Source of the DNA: Eledone cirrhosa
Taxonomy: Eukaryota
Reading direction: 5' to 3'
NCBI GenBank assembly: GCA_964016885.1
Contig: OZ024744.1
Location: forward strand, 93,620,001 to 93,684,000
DNA length: 64,000 nucleotides
Of this stretch, positions 1 to 12,794 are shown piece after piece (the stretch's first letter is position 1; each line of letters opens with the position of its first letter). Below the pieces are notes generated by a model. It ran no database searches. It was not told the origin of the DNA and was given only the letters and a program-made list of their open reading frames with translations. Both the position numbers and the translations under genes were made by a program.

Positions 1-223
1 ACAGTCCACGCTGTAATGTGGCCGTGTAGGCAACACGGTAAAAACCTCCCAGTCCCACACTGTAAATGTGGTTGGTGTTAGGAAGGGTATCCAGCTGTAG
101 AAAACCCGCCAGACAGTCCTATGCGAGCAAGACAATCACTCTTGCCTCAAGTGGGACTACCCCCGTCCAAACCCATGCAAGCGTGGAACACGGACGTTAA
201 ACGTTGATGATGATGATGATGAT
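1..223 (+). mobile_element. SINE 3' part with (TGA)n tail (family C)
   Basis: Contains GGTGTTAGGAAGGGxATCCAGCTGTAGAAA and ends GGACGTTAAACG(TGA)n; near-identical inverted copy at 4688-4905. Confidence 0.75.
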
Positions 224-823
224 TATATATGTATATGCATGTATACATATGTATATGCATGGGCACATAGAAATAATTGGGCTGGATACCCGATCACACG
301 GTTAAACCACTGGGAGTGAAGGACCCCCTAGCCTTTGTCAGGGCATTCTTCTAGGAGAAGGCAACTCAGGAAACTGGGATAACTACGACATAAAACTTGC
401 AGGTCAAGGTTAGCAGTTACCAATGTTGTTGATCTTTTCTTCTTTTCGGGTTATAGCTACTGTCGCTCAGAGAGTGGGATTGGCTCAGTGCACAGTCTTT
501 ACTCACTTTAAAAAAAAATCTTCATGCACAGGCATTGCATGATAGAATTAATTAATAATTAATAATAATTTTATATCATGCAATGACCATACTCGATAAC
601 GAGGGGGCAGCCATCATATAGATGTATGCAAGTGTGAAACTCTTTAAAATTTACATACACATTCACATACAATGCATTTCCTATCTGAGTCACATTGCTA
701 CAATAACAAATTCTCTTTCCAGTCACAAGGTCCTGGGTTCTAATTCTATATTTGTTCCTGTAAATAGTAATTTCTCCAAAGTTATTCATATAATTAATCC
801 AGTATGTTATTAGTACATACATG

Positions 824-890
824 ATAAAATAAAGTACCAGTAATACACTGGGTAATTGCTGGCCTTGTGCTTAACGTAGAAACAGTTATT
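824..890 (+). mobile_element. 5'-truncated SINE family B with target-site duplication
   Basis: ATAAAATAAAGTACCAG...GTAGAAACAG flanked on both sides by TTATTAGTACATACATG. Confidence 0.75.
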
Positions 891-1009
891 AGTACATACA
901 TGCTGAATATTTATGTAATTATATTGGAGAAATAAATAATCAAAATACTTTTATCTTTAATCACTTCCAACATTAAATATAGGGTTTCTCTTATGCAAAC
1001 CACAAATTT

Positions 1010-1330
1010 ATCTTCTTCTTCATCCACTTCTTCCTGAGAGGGTCTTAGGGGCAGAGTCCTCAAATACTTCTTCCAGCAGGTCCTGTCAGAAGCAACTATC
1101 TCTGCTCGGGGTCTACCCCTGGCTTTCTTGCCAGTTGGTTTTGCCCATAAAATCTGTCCAGAGATTCTTTCCTGAGACATTCTAACCACATACCCTTAGT
1201 ATCGGAGCTGTGATCTCTCAATTCAAAGAAGTAGTGGCTCTACCTGGAGTGACTCTCTGATCTCCGAGCTATGAACTTTATCGAGTAACGTTACTCCAAA
1301 GACCCTTCAGAGGAATCCCATTTCGGTCGC
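1010..1330 (-). mobile_element. RTE-type LINE ORF2 3' fragment
   Basis: ORF 911-1189(-) includes KPTGKKARGRPR...DRTCWKK, the typical RTE ORF2 C-terminus. Confidence 0.6.
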
Positions 1331-1439
1331 TTATCAAAACACAAATTTCCAAATTTGTACCAATGCTGTTGTATAATGGCATACCAATCCTGGACTACAA
1401 CACTTTAAGTACATTCAATGCTATTATATATGTAAAGAT

Positions 1440-1616
1440 ATATATGGACCAGGGAAAACATGGACGGAGGTGGTGAGAGCTGACCCCAGATTGCTGAAGC
1501 TCACAGAGGAGATGACAAAGGACTGTCATGAATGGAGAGATGATGATGTGCTGAAAAGGACTTGTCCTACCCTTGCAAGCAGGGAAAAGCAGACGTAAAA
1601 TGATGATGATGATGAT
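1440..1616 (+). mobile_element. RTE LINE extreme 3' end with (TGA)n tail
   Basis: GGACCAGGGAAAACATGG...CCTTGCAAGCAGGGAAAAGCAGACGTAAAA(TGA)n; homologous to 43130-43330(-). Confidence 0.75.
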
Positions 1617-1639
1617 ATATGTGTATGCTGATCCAGATA

Positions 1640-1789
1640 AAGTACTCAATACATGTGCAGAGTGACGACAGAGGTTTATATAGAAAAGGCTTTTACAGGA
1701 TTAGAACTGTTTCATTCGTATGAAATCAACCTGGTGATTCCATACAAATGAAACAGTTCTAGTCCTGTAAAAACCTTTTCTATATAAAC

Positions 1790-1793
<4 letters not shown>
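1640..1793. mobile_element. Fold-back element with degenerate hammerhead core (Penelope-like derived)
   Basis: Inverted arms 1670-1793; CTGGTGA..GAAACAGTTCTAGTC core; minus-strand CTCTGCACATGTATTGAGTACT motif; next to (TA)n; related copy at 31909-32030. Confidence 0.6.
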
Positions 1794-1843
<50 letters not shown>

Positions 1844-2129
1844 TTAACAATAAGTACGTGAATCATTCCGTCATTAAGCTAACAGAAGTCTGATGAACTT
1901 TTGATTCCAGGGTTGAGCCTGATTGATAGAGATCAAATCTTGAGCTGATCAATCGCGAAATGCGCATTACACCTAAATATATTTTAAGTATGGTCATTTG
2001 ATACCCGCTAAAGTTAATTAGACTTATTCCAAGGTGGAGATGATCCTCTTCTGAAAATCGAGCATAACTTGGTATCGATGCCTCCCTGATGAGCATCAAT
2101 ATGAGGAGTTAAACTTGAGTGGGTGGTGG

Positions 2130-2530
2130 GTCCACTCCTTCTTGAGCCTTGACTTAAAAATGTTGACTGAGGGTGTGTCAACTGTTTCTTTTTTGAGGTT
2201 GTTCCAGAGGTTGATCACATGTGCAGAAAAGAAGTGGTTTTTAGGACTTGGTTAGTATTGTACCTGGAACTTCTGGTTGTGTCCTCGGGTAGTCCTGCTG
2301 AGTGCTTGTCTAAACAGTGCATTGCCGCAGGTGGGACAACTCCTACTCTACTGTATTTTATTGAACTCATTTAGTATTTTAATAGCTTGTATGATGTCTG
2401 CCCCCTGCCTCCTATACTCCAGTGTCGGGAGTCCCAAAGACTGAAGACATTCATTGTAGAGTAGTGAAAGGAGCCCCTGGATGAGGCATGTTGTCCTTGT
2501 CTCTCTTTAACTTGGATGCCCATATAACAG
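2130..2530 (-). mobile_element. CR1-clade LINE ORF2 3' fragment
   Basis: Minus-strand translation gives LQSLGLPTLEYRR..ADII and FFS..VINLWNNL, typical of the CR1 C-terminus. Confidence 0.7.
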
Positions 2531-2572
2531 AGGCATACCTAGTCTAATCCATACTTATTATTAACATTACAC

Positions 2573-2760
2573 GGTGATTTGCAGTATCGGTAGAAGGTTG
2601 GACGCCATGCTTTGATGCACAGAGTTACGGCCCTTGCCATTCTGAGTTTAAATCCTGCCGAGGTTAACTTTGCCTTTCATCCTTACGGAGTCGATAAAAT
2701 AAAGTACCAGTAATCTACTGAGTAATTGCTGGCCTTGTGCCAAAAGTAGAAACAATTATT
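2573..2760 (+). mobile_element. tRNA-derived SINE family B, full length, with TSD
   Basis: Box A-like GCAGTATCGGTAGA, box B-like GAGTTTAAATCC, tail GTAGAAACAATTATT; flanked by ATTATTAACATTACAC direct repeats. Confidence 0.85.
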
Positions 2761-3027
2761 AACATTACACTCTGCTTAGTATAACCCCAGAGTACACTCT
2801 GCTGGAGACTATGCATTGAGCACTCAACAATAACTTGTTGTTACAATCCCTAAACTACTAAAAATGTTTTATTGTAAAAAATTCAAGTGTCTTTTGTGGT
2901 TATGAAAAGGAGAAGGGAAGGGAAAGGCAAGGGCTCCAAAGTCACAGAAGAATGGGAAGAGAAAGGGTGATGGGCTTTAGTCCTAAACTATATATATAAA
3001 TATATAAATCAACATATAGAAAGAAGT

Positions 3028-3374
3028 CATCATCATCATCATCATCATCATTTTACGTCTGCTTTTCCCTGCTTGCAAGGGTGGGACGGGAACTGATTCT
3101 GGCTTGATTTCTACAGCTGGATGCCCTTCCTAACACCAACCTCATTTACAGTGAGTGCTGGGTGCTTTTTTGTTGTGGCACCTACACGACCACTTTGCAG
3201 TGGAATGGTAGGGACCCCAGTCCCTATCATCTCATTTCTACAGCTGAGTAAACTGGAGCAATGTGAAATAAAGTGTCTTGCTCAAGGAAACAACACATCA
3301 CCCAGTCTGAGAATTGAACTCACAACCTTTCGATTGCAAGGCCAATGCTCTAACCACTAAGCGATGTGCCTCCA
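3028..3374 (-). mobile_element. tRNA-derived SINE family A with RTE-derived tail
   Basis: Reverse complement of 54072-54410: tRNA-like head, TCCTTGAGCAAGACACTT core, RTE-like tail and (TGA)n. Confidence 0.85.
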
Positions 3375-3375
3375 T

Positions 3376-3915
3376 AGAAATATGTGTTAAACCATAGGGG
3401 ATCAAAAGCCACCAGAGTGACAAACATATTAACTACAGAAGGAATGGTGAATACAAATCAATCACTAAAAAGAATATATTAAAGTGTACTAACCATCCGA
3501 TTATAACAATACACCCGGATATGCTCAAATAATATTTTGGCTCCTAATAAGTAGAGTTTCTAAAGTTGAATGGTTCTGAGCTGCTGTTTCTAGCGGTCTT
3601 TTGGTCTATTCACACCACCATGGGCTATAAAACACACGTCTTTCCTCTATACCATGCGTGTTTTCTTAGTTCTCTGATATATTTATATAGAAGTGTTGAT
3701 CATATTGCTAGGCACCGCCAATGAGCTACATCTACAATATGGATTCTTCACTTATTATAGCGAAACATACTCTTATTTAAACATGTCCACGTGGAAGGTT
3801 AGTACACTTTAATATATTCTTTTTATTGATTTGTATTCACCATTCCTTCTGTAGGTAATATAATATGTTCGTCACTCTGGTGGTTTTTTTATCCCCTATG
3901 ATTGAACACATATCT
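3376..3915. mobile_element. Element with ~120-bp inverted arms (fold-back or MITE)
   Basis: 3376-3494 is the imperfect reverse complement of 3797-3915; ~300-bp spacer. Confidence 0.7.
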
Positions 3916-4687
3916 CAATGTGTACTTCTCTCTATATGTTGATTTATAAAGAACTCGGAATCTATTCCTTGAGCTAATTAAATTATACGGAATTAATGTG
4001 TTTTTAACTTTATTTTTTAATTTGTGTATAAATATATATAAAGAGAATAACTTGAAGTTGGAAAAACTGAAGAAAAGGTAAGAAATATATAAATATATGG
4101 AGAAATATATAAATATATTTGGAAGCATAAGAATGAAAATATGAATAATGCGAATTGAATAAGGAAAAATGTGTACATATGAATACAAAGATAAACAACA
4201 TTAGTCGCCATAATGCAGGTAACTCTAATGATTAGCTAATAACTATAAATAATAGTTGAATATATTGGGTAAAGTCAGGGCCGGATTTAGACTTTGAGGG
4301 GGCCCGGGGCACTTCTGTTTTTTTTGGGGGGGGGCATCTCATATACACAAAATAATTAGAATACACAGCAAACCCCAATTTTACATATCAAAGTCAACTT
4401 GGTGCAAGTAATTGGAATACAGGTATTAAATTAAAAATAATCTAACCATCTTAAAACTACAAAGCTCATCAGAAGGCACAAATATATTGCTACATCTGTC
4501 GCCACTGGGGCCATCCACTGGAGGGGGCCCAGCGCAATTGCGTAAAGTTACTCCTGCAGATGAAAAAAAGGTCGACACAGATGTTTTGTAGTTTTCTGCA
4601 TTGTGGCAATGGAGAATATATTTTTTAAATTTCTTAATACTCCGTAAGACAATGAATCTTGTTTACACACACATATACATATATATA

Positions 4688-4905
4688 TCATCATCATCAT
4701 CATCGTTTAACGTCCATGTTCCACGCTTGCATGGGTTTGGACGGGGGTAGTCCCACTTGAGGCAAGAGTGATTGTCTTGCTCGCATAGGACTGTCTGGCG
4801 GGTTTTCTACGGCTGGATGCCCTTCCTAACACCAACCACATTTACAGTGTGGGTCTGGGAGGTTTTTACCGTGTTGCCTACACGGTCACATTACAGCGTG
4901 GACTG
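4688..4905 (-). mobile_element. SINE family C, inverted copy of 1-223
   Basis: Near-identical reverse complement of the window start, with a (TCA)n tract. Confidence 0.75.
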
Positions 4906-5074
4906 TGTGTTTTTTTGTCGTGACACCTACACAACCTCATTTATTTCGGACTGGATGTTGTGGCACCAACATAACTTTACATTGAAAGGGGCGGTGTGGA
5001 TGGGGTGGGGGTGGTGGGACGGGGGTGTGTTTTGTTAGAGATGCCTACTGACTGCAGTAGGTTTTACTTTGTAT

Positions 5075-5427
5075 TTAGGTAAGGCGGGTCTTCTCTATTA
5101 CTGAGTACCGCCAAAGGTCTTGGTCCAGTGACATTGTCTTGGAGAGGTGTAAGTGTGTGAGGTCGGAGTTTATCAGGTCGTCCCAGGTTTTTCTGGGTCT
5201 GTCTACTCCGTGGCTACCGTCTATCTTTATTGCCCTGCACTTTTTTATACAGCTGTCGTCTTTCATGCGCATCACGTGACCATACCAACGTAGCCTTCTC
5301 TCGAGTAAACAACATATGATCCCTCTTATTTCTAATTTTTCCCTTAGTTCGTTTATGCTTTGCCGTTCACGTATATTACTATTGCACATCCAGCGGAGCA
5401 TGCAAGCTTCGTTCCTCTCTAGTCTGC

Positions 5428-5428
<1 letters not shown>
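5075..5428 (-). mobile_element. RTE LINE ORF2 C-terminal fragment
   Basis: LERNEACMLRWMC...RRLRWYGHVMRM...RPRKTW; ends at a (TA)n tract. Confidence 0.85.
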
Positions 5429-5481
<53 letters not shown>

Positions 5482-5496
5482 TTATATATATATATA

Positions 5497-5562
5497 TATT
5501 GTTATATTTTGGGAGGGTCATGTTGCCAATAAAACCACACGCACCTCTGGTTTTTACTTCAA
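5497..5562 (-). mobile_element. Displaced piece of the Penelope-like terminal repeat
   Basis: Matches 24542-24609; its continuation resumes at 20135. Confidence 0.75.
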
Positions 5563-6149
5563 TCTCCTTATAATATATAACCACCAATTTCTCTGTTTGT
5601 CTGTCCGACAGTGGAAACACGTGCGTGCATTCGAATGTTTTTTGCGCACGCATAGAGAGAGAGTGAGAGTGAAAGAAAGAGACAGACTACGAGAGGGGGA
5701 TAGCGGGAGGGAGAGAGGGAGAGAGAGAGAGTGAATAGACGCTAAAACACGTGCGCGCGTGCGAATGTTATTTGCGCCCGCGTAGAGAGAGAGTGAGAGT
5801 GAAAGAAAGATACAGACTACGAGAGGGGGATAGCGGGAGGGAGAGAGGGGGGAATTGAGGAGTGCTACAGAAACATATATACATTTCTGTGTGTGTGTAA
5901 TATATATATATATATACACACACAGAAATATATATATATACACACAGAAATATATATACATTTTTGTGTGTGTAATAAATATATATATATATACACACAC
6001 AGAAATATATATACATTTCTGTGAGTGTAATATATATATATATATACACTATACACACACACACACACACACGCACGCACACACTGCGTCATAATGTCGT
6101 AATGCAGACATGCCGACATACAGACAGATCTTATAAGGGTGCAACGTTA

Positions 6150-8375
6150 TCTCCTTATAATATATAACCAGCAATTTCTCTGTCTGTCTGTCCGACAGTG
6201 GAAACACGTGCGCGCGTGGTTGCTATCTCTCTCTCTCTCTCCAGCTATCCCTCTCTTTTAGTCTGTCTGTTTCTCTCACTCTCACTCTTGCTCTTTGTAA
6301 CACACTAACATTCCTCCCCTCTATCGCTGTGACGAATGAGGAGATGGAGGAGGAGGAGGAGAGAGTCATTTCGTCACTTCACCTCTTCCTTTCTTTCTCT
6401 CCCCTCTCACTCCCTCATTACGTACAGACATTAGGGCGGTGGATTGGCAGAATCTGTAGAGAGTCGGACACCATGCTTCATAGCATGGAGTTACGTCCCT
6501 TTACGGTGTGAGTTCAAATAACGCCGAGGTTAACTTTGCCTTTCATCCTCACGGGGTCGATAAAATAAAGTACCAGTAATGTACTGGATAATTGCTGGCC
6601 TTGTGCCAAAAGTAGAAACAATTATTAGAAACATTGCTTCATTTTTACATATCTAAGCATTAGTAAAATAACTAATAATTTCAAAAGTAATTTTTCAATT
6701 CCAATTGTTATGAACAGCAAAACATTAATAGTAATTTTGTTCTAAGAAATATATATACATTTCTGTGTGTGTAATATATATATATATACCCACAGAAATA
6801 TATATACATTTCTGTGTGTGTAATATATATATATACACACAGGAATATATATACATTTCTGTGTGTGTAATATATATATACACACAGAAATATATATACA
6901 TTTCTGTGTGTGTAATATATATATACACACACACAGAAATATATATACATTTCTGTGTGTGTAATATATATATATATGTATACACACACAGAAATATATG
7001 GGAATTTCTGTTTGTCTGTCTGTCTGTCTGTCCTTCCCTAAAACTCAAATATAGGTGCTATAGAAATATTACCTTCCCCTTCCTTTCTCCACTTTGGTAC
7101 TACCAAGAGAAATACTGTTGCTATAGAAACATTACCTTCCCCTCTCCACTGACTTTGGTCACTGAGGCCGAGGGAATCGCTGGTTGCTATAGAGACACCT
7201 TGCACAAGCCAGAAGTAACCAGTTCAAGGCGGTTCTGACTTGACACCATGCCAAGGACCATTTGAAAATATATTTCCATCGTTATATTATAACGTTTATG
7301 TATCATAACGTTTATATTTCCGTCACTAATCTCTTTTTCTCCTTTTTCGTTTTAACATATATTTATTTCAAAAATTTCACCGTATAGATAACATATATAT
7401 TTATACATGCATAAAAGACACACCGAGAGACGGTGAACATGTGGTGCCGAAAACATTTCTCATCCAAATCTCAACAATATCAGTATATACACTAGATTTG
7501 CTAGCAGAAAACCGGGTGGTTTTCTGCTAGTCTCCTTATAATATATAACCAGCAATTTCTCTGTCTGTCTGTCCGACAGTGGAAACACGTGCGCGCGTGG
7601 TTGCTATCTCTCTCTCTCTCTCCAGCTATCCCTCTCTTTTAGTCGGTCTGTTTCTCTCACTCTCACTCTTTCTCTTTGTAACACACTAACATTCCTCCCC
7701 TCTATCGCTGTGACGAATGGGGAGATGGGGGGAGGAGGAGGAGAGAGTCACTTCGTCACTTCACCTCTGCCTTTCTTTCTCTCCCCTCTCACTCCTTCAT
7801 TACGTACAGACATTAGGGCGGTGGATTGGCAGAATCTGTAGAGAGTCGGACACCATGCTTCATAGCATGGAGTTACGTCCCTTTACGGTCTGAGTTCAAA
7901 TAACGCCGAGGTTAACTTTGCCTTTCATCCTCACGGGGTCGATAAAATAAAGTACCAGTAATGTACTGGGTAATTGCTGGCCTTGTGCCAAAAGTAGAAA
8001 CAATTATTAGAAACATTGCTTCATTTTTACATATCTAAGCATTAGTAAAATAACTAATAATTTCAAAAGTAATTTTTCAATTCCAATTGTTATGAACAGC
8101 AAAACATTAATAATAATTTTGTTCTAACAAATATATATACATTTCTGTGTGTGTAATATATATATATATACCCACAGAAATATATATACATTTCTGTGTG
8201 TGTAATATATATATATACACACAGGAATATATATACATTTCTGTGTGTGTAATATATATATATATACACACACAGAAATATATATATATACACACAGAAA
8301 TATATATACATTTCTGTGTGTGTAATATATATATATATACACACACACAGAAATATATATACATTTCTGTGTGTG

Positions 8376-8428
<53 letters not shown>

Positions 8429-8974
8429 GAAATATATGGGAATTTCTCTGTTTGTCTGTCTGTCTGTCTGTCTGTTCTTCCCTAAAACTCAAATATAGGT
8501 GCTACAGAAATATTACCTTCTCCTTCCTTTCTCCACTTTGGTACTACCAAGAGAAATACTGTTGCTATAGAAACATTACCTTCCCCTCTCCACTGACTTT
8601 GGTCACTGAGGCCGAGGGAATCGCTGGTTGCTATAGAGACACCTTGCACAAGCCAGAAGTAACCAGTTCAAGGCGGTTCTGACTTGACACCATGCCAAGG
8701 ACCATTTGAAAATATATTTCCATCGTTATATTATAACGTTTATGTATCATAACGTTTATATTTCCGTCACTAATCTCTTTTTCTCCTTTTTCGTTTTAAC
8801 ATATATTTATTTCAAAAATTTCACCGTATAGATAACATATATATTTATACATGCATAAAAGACACACCGAGAGACGGTGAACATGTGGTGCCGAAAACAT
8901 TTCTCATCCAAATCTCAACAATATCAGTATATACACTAGATTTGCTAGCAGAAAACCGGGTGGTTTTCTGCTAG
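6150..8974 (+). repeat. Tandem duplication of a ~1.4-kb non-autonomous Helitron unit (6150-7530, 7531-8974)
   Basis: Both units begin TCTCCTTATAATATATAACC, end TTTTCTGCTAG, are near-identical, and carry a family B SINE (6436-6627; 7817-8008). Confidence 0.9.
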
Positions 8975-9373
8975 TCTCCTTATAATATATAACCAGCAAT
9001 TTCTCTGTCTGTCTGTCCGACAGTGGAAACACGTGCGCGCGTGCGAATGTTTTTTGCGCACGCGTAGAGAGAGTGAGAGTGAAAGAAAGAGACAGACTAC
9101 GAGAGGGGGATAGCGGCAGGGAGAGAGGGAGAGAGAGAGAGTGAATAGACGCTAAAACACGTGCGCGCGTGCTTATGTTTTTTGCGCACGCGTAGAGAGA
9201 GAGTGAGAGTGAAAGAAAGAGACAGACTACAAGAGGGGGATAGCGGGAGGGAGAGAGGGAGGAATTGAGGAGTGCTACAACATATATACATTTCTGTGTG
9301 TGTGTAATATATATATACACACAGAAATATATATATATACAAACAGAAATATATATAGATTTCTGTGTGTGTA

Positions 9374-9404
<31 letters not shown>

Positions 9405-9481
9405 GAAATATATATACATTTCTGTGTGTGTTATGTATATATATACTAGCAGAAAACCACCCGGGGGCGGTTTTCTGCTAG
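8975..9481 (+). mobile_element. Short non-autonomous Helitron unit
   Basis: TCTCCTTATAA head, GA/TA microsatellite body, CTAGCAGAAAACC..GGTTTTCTGCTAG end; similar to 5563-6080 and 10138-10712. Confidence 0.75.
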
Positions 9482-9699
9482 TCTATATATATAAAACAGA
9501 AGATGTCCGTCTGCCTGTCTGTGTAACCGCATGCATTTCTACATTTTACAACCGGTTTGCACCAAATTTCATACATAGGTTTCTGAAGTCATATTACGCG
9601 TCGGAGGCTATTTTATTTTCATATATATTTTATTTTTTAATTTATATTTTTATTTTTATATATATATATACATATATCTATCAATCTATATACATATAT

Positions 9700-9882
9700 A
9701 ATTGTTTCTACTTTTGGCACAAGACCAGCAATTATTCCATTGCATTACTGGTACTTTATGTTATCGCACCCGTAAGGATGAAAGGCAAAGTTAACCTCGG
9801 CGGGATTTGAACTCAGAATGGCAAGGGCCTTAACTCTATCCGTGGTGTCCAACCCTCTACCGATACTGCCAATCCCCCGCCA
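9700..9882 (-). mobile_element. SINE family B
   Basis: Reverse complement of the family B consensus. Confidence 0.85.
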
Positions 9883-10137
9883 TCATATATACATATATAA
9901 TGCTAGTGTGTTGTTACATAATCCTAACTTAAGCAGGCATAGTTTCATGAGACAATATTTTGCATTTAAGCAAAGATTACACAAGAAACATCGTTAAGTT
10001 GTTGATATGTTTCAATGAGAGACACGTCCATTATGGTGTGTGTTTGCTTAGCATATAAGAGGATTTCCTCTTAAAGAACTCCAGCTAAGAGATTCTCTAG
10101 CCCCTTTTCTCTTTACTTCATCATACGTATTTCCTCA

Positions 10138-10282
10138 TCTCCTTATAATATATAACCAGCAATTTCTCTGTCTGTCTGTCCAACAGTGGAAACACGTGCG
10201 CGCGTGCTTATGTTTTTTGCGCACGCGTAGAGAGAGAGTGAGAGTGAAAGAAAGAGACAGACTACGAGAGGGGGATAGCGGC

Positions 10283-10368
<86 letters not shown>

Positions 10369-10605
10369 AAGGCTAAAACACGTGCGCGCGTGCTTATGTT
10401 TTTTGCGCCCGCGTAGAGAGAGAGTGAGAGTGAAAGAAAGAGACAGACTACAAGAGGGGGATAGCGGGAGGGAGAGAGGGGGGAATTGAGGAGTGCTACA
10501 GAAACATATATACATTTCTGTGTGTGTGCAATATATATATATATACACACACAGAAATATATATATATACACACAGAAATATATATACATTTCTGTGTGT
10601 GTAAC

Positions 10606-10636
<31 letters not shown>

Positions 10637-10712
10637 AATATATATACATTTCTGTGTGTGTAACATATATATATACTAGCAGAAAACCAACCGAGGGGCG
10701 GTTTTCTGCTAG
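10138..10712 (+). mobile_element. Short non-autonomous Helitron unit
   Basis: A|TCTCC head, palindromic CTAG terminus, expanded (GA)n tract. Confidence 0.75.
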
Positions 10713-12794
10713 TCTATATATATAAAACAGAAGATGTCTGTCTGTCTGTGTAAGAGATACTCTAGCCCCTTTTTCTCTTTACTTCAACCTACGTATTTCA
10801 TCATCTATATATATAAAACAGAAGATGTCTGTCTGTCTATCTGTCTGTGTAACCGCATGTATATTTTTCCGTACATCGATTGTGTGTGTGGGGGGGGGGG
10901 GGGGGGGGCAGCCAGGGGCAGATAACCCCCTTAAGCCTCTCGCTTGGAGTCAGCAGTACTACTGCATAAAGGCCCCATCATTCCTGCAGTTTGCCTCCCA
11001 TCTTCACCAAAATTAATCTTTTGTTTGCTTATGGCCTACAAATAAATTTGCAGGCATGTACTTGCGCAGTAAACCGACTTGATCAATGTTGAAGTTAATA
11101 TCATCAATGCAACAAAACATCATAACTGCTTGAATTCGTGTTTGGTTTTCACGAAGCGAGACGTATTGGTTACCCATGGCTTATGAAGGAAGGTGAACAC
11201 ATGAACTTTTACTTGAACTTATCAAGGGGGCCCCCGGGGCTGGGATGGGGAGTAAGCCCCTTCGACTTATCTATTAAAGTTCACATTAACACTGTATTAG
11301 TACCTGATAACTTTTGAAGTTTACGTTCGATTTTAACTTTACCGGACACATTGGTTACCCATTGCCTAAAGATGATGTTGAAGACACTGTCTATACCCGG
11401 AACAATCAAGGGGACCTCCAGGAGGCAGTAAGCCCAGGCGAGTCATTTATTGAATTTGACTATTGTAATGCAGCAAAGCGTCATAGCTTCGATAATTGGT
11501 AATCCAATAAAATGAGTTTCGACTTAGTTGTTATTCATGTACTACAGATGAAGATACAGTGAGTGAGGCACATTTACTTTCATTTCAATTCAGCAAGAGG
11601 ACCCTCTCGGGGACAATGAGCCCAGTTCATTAACCTATAAAGTTCCAACTGCCACAATAAAAAAGCACCATAACTTCGGGAGTTTATACTTGATTCTTAC
11701 AAAAACTAAACAAAATGGTTATTGTCTGCCATAAGATAAAGCACCACATTCGTTATCACTTGAATTTTACAAGAGAACCCTCTAGGGAGGGCAGTGAGCC
11801 CCTTTGGACCACTTTTAAAGTTCATATTATGGTTGCAACAAAGCATTTCAACTTCTGGAAATAAAAGTCAATTTAAACGAAAGTTGATGCATTGGTTACT
11901 CATGTTCTACAAATGGAGTAGCGAATTTTTAAATCCCTCTGACTTAACTTTAGTTTGTTTAGTTAACTTTAGGATGATTGAATTTAAGTTTGCACTCGGT
12001 TGTCTCCCCCGTGTAATTGCACCACAATTAAATGCGGAATGGGGAGTTACATTTTTTTCATTGAACTTTGGCGTCATTTCACACTCCTAACCAAGAAAGC
12101 TCGATTTAACCCAGGTGTAAATTTTAACGCCTTCTGTATGTGGATTATGCTATTTCACACTCATGCCTAAACTGTGCGAATGATTGATTAGTTTTTGCAC
12201 CCGGTTGTCTCCTCCGTTTAATTGCACCTCAATTAAGTGCGAAATGGCGACCTCTGGCCAACCACACATCAGTGAGTTGTGTTCAGTAGATTTCGTCATA
12301 CTTATTTGTATTATCTAACCAATCAGACAACTCGAGTGTTGTTCATTGAGCGAAATCACTCCTATTTATATCGGTCAAGTCCGACCTAGGATCACACTTC
12401 TTTTTTGGCTTTTGACAAGGGGTAGGTTTTTTTTACATGTGTACTCTCATAAGCTACCCCATGTTTCTGAAACGCATGCTTCTTCAACATTTGTCACCAT
12501 AAAGGAGGTTTAGTTAATGTGTTTATGGTCATAAGGTTCCAGTTTATCATGCTGTGATTTTTCGGCCATTTTTGCCTGTATCCTTTCAATGGTTAGTACT
12601 TACTTATTGCTATGTTCGAACTGAACCAACATACTGACACTTATATACCTACCACTGTAGCCACACTATTTAATTTCCTTTATCACAGGTAGTCCGTACG
12701 CTCCGTTGCCCCTAACTTAAAACCTGAAATTTGACTGGTACACAAAATCTTGCAAAACATACCCCCTTTCTAAGACCACATTTATCACATTGAC

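Noticed and set aside
2080-2110. CTGATGA as a hammerhead core
   Set aside because: No downstream GAAA-stem III-UH arrangement.
4277-4545. hAT-like MITE starting CAGGGCCGGATTTA (also a TIR-like AAAAGGTTAAGAACCACTG at ~41447-41465)
   Set aside because: Only one terminus visible in each case; no matching TIR or TSD found.
5554-10725. Many overlapping low-complexity ORFs
   Set aside because: Arise from TA/GA/CA tracts inside non-autonomous Helitron units.
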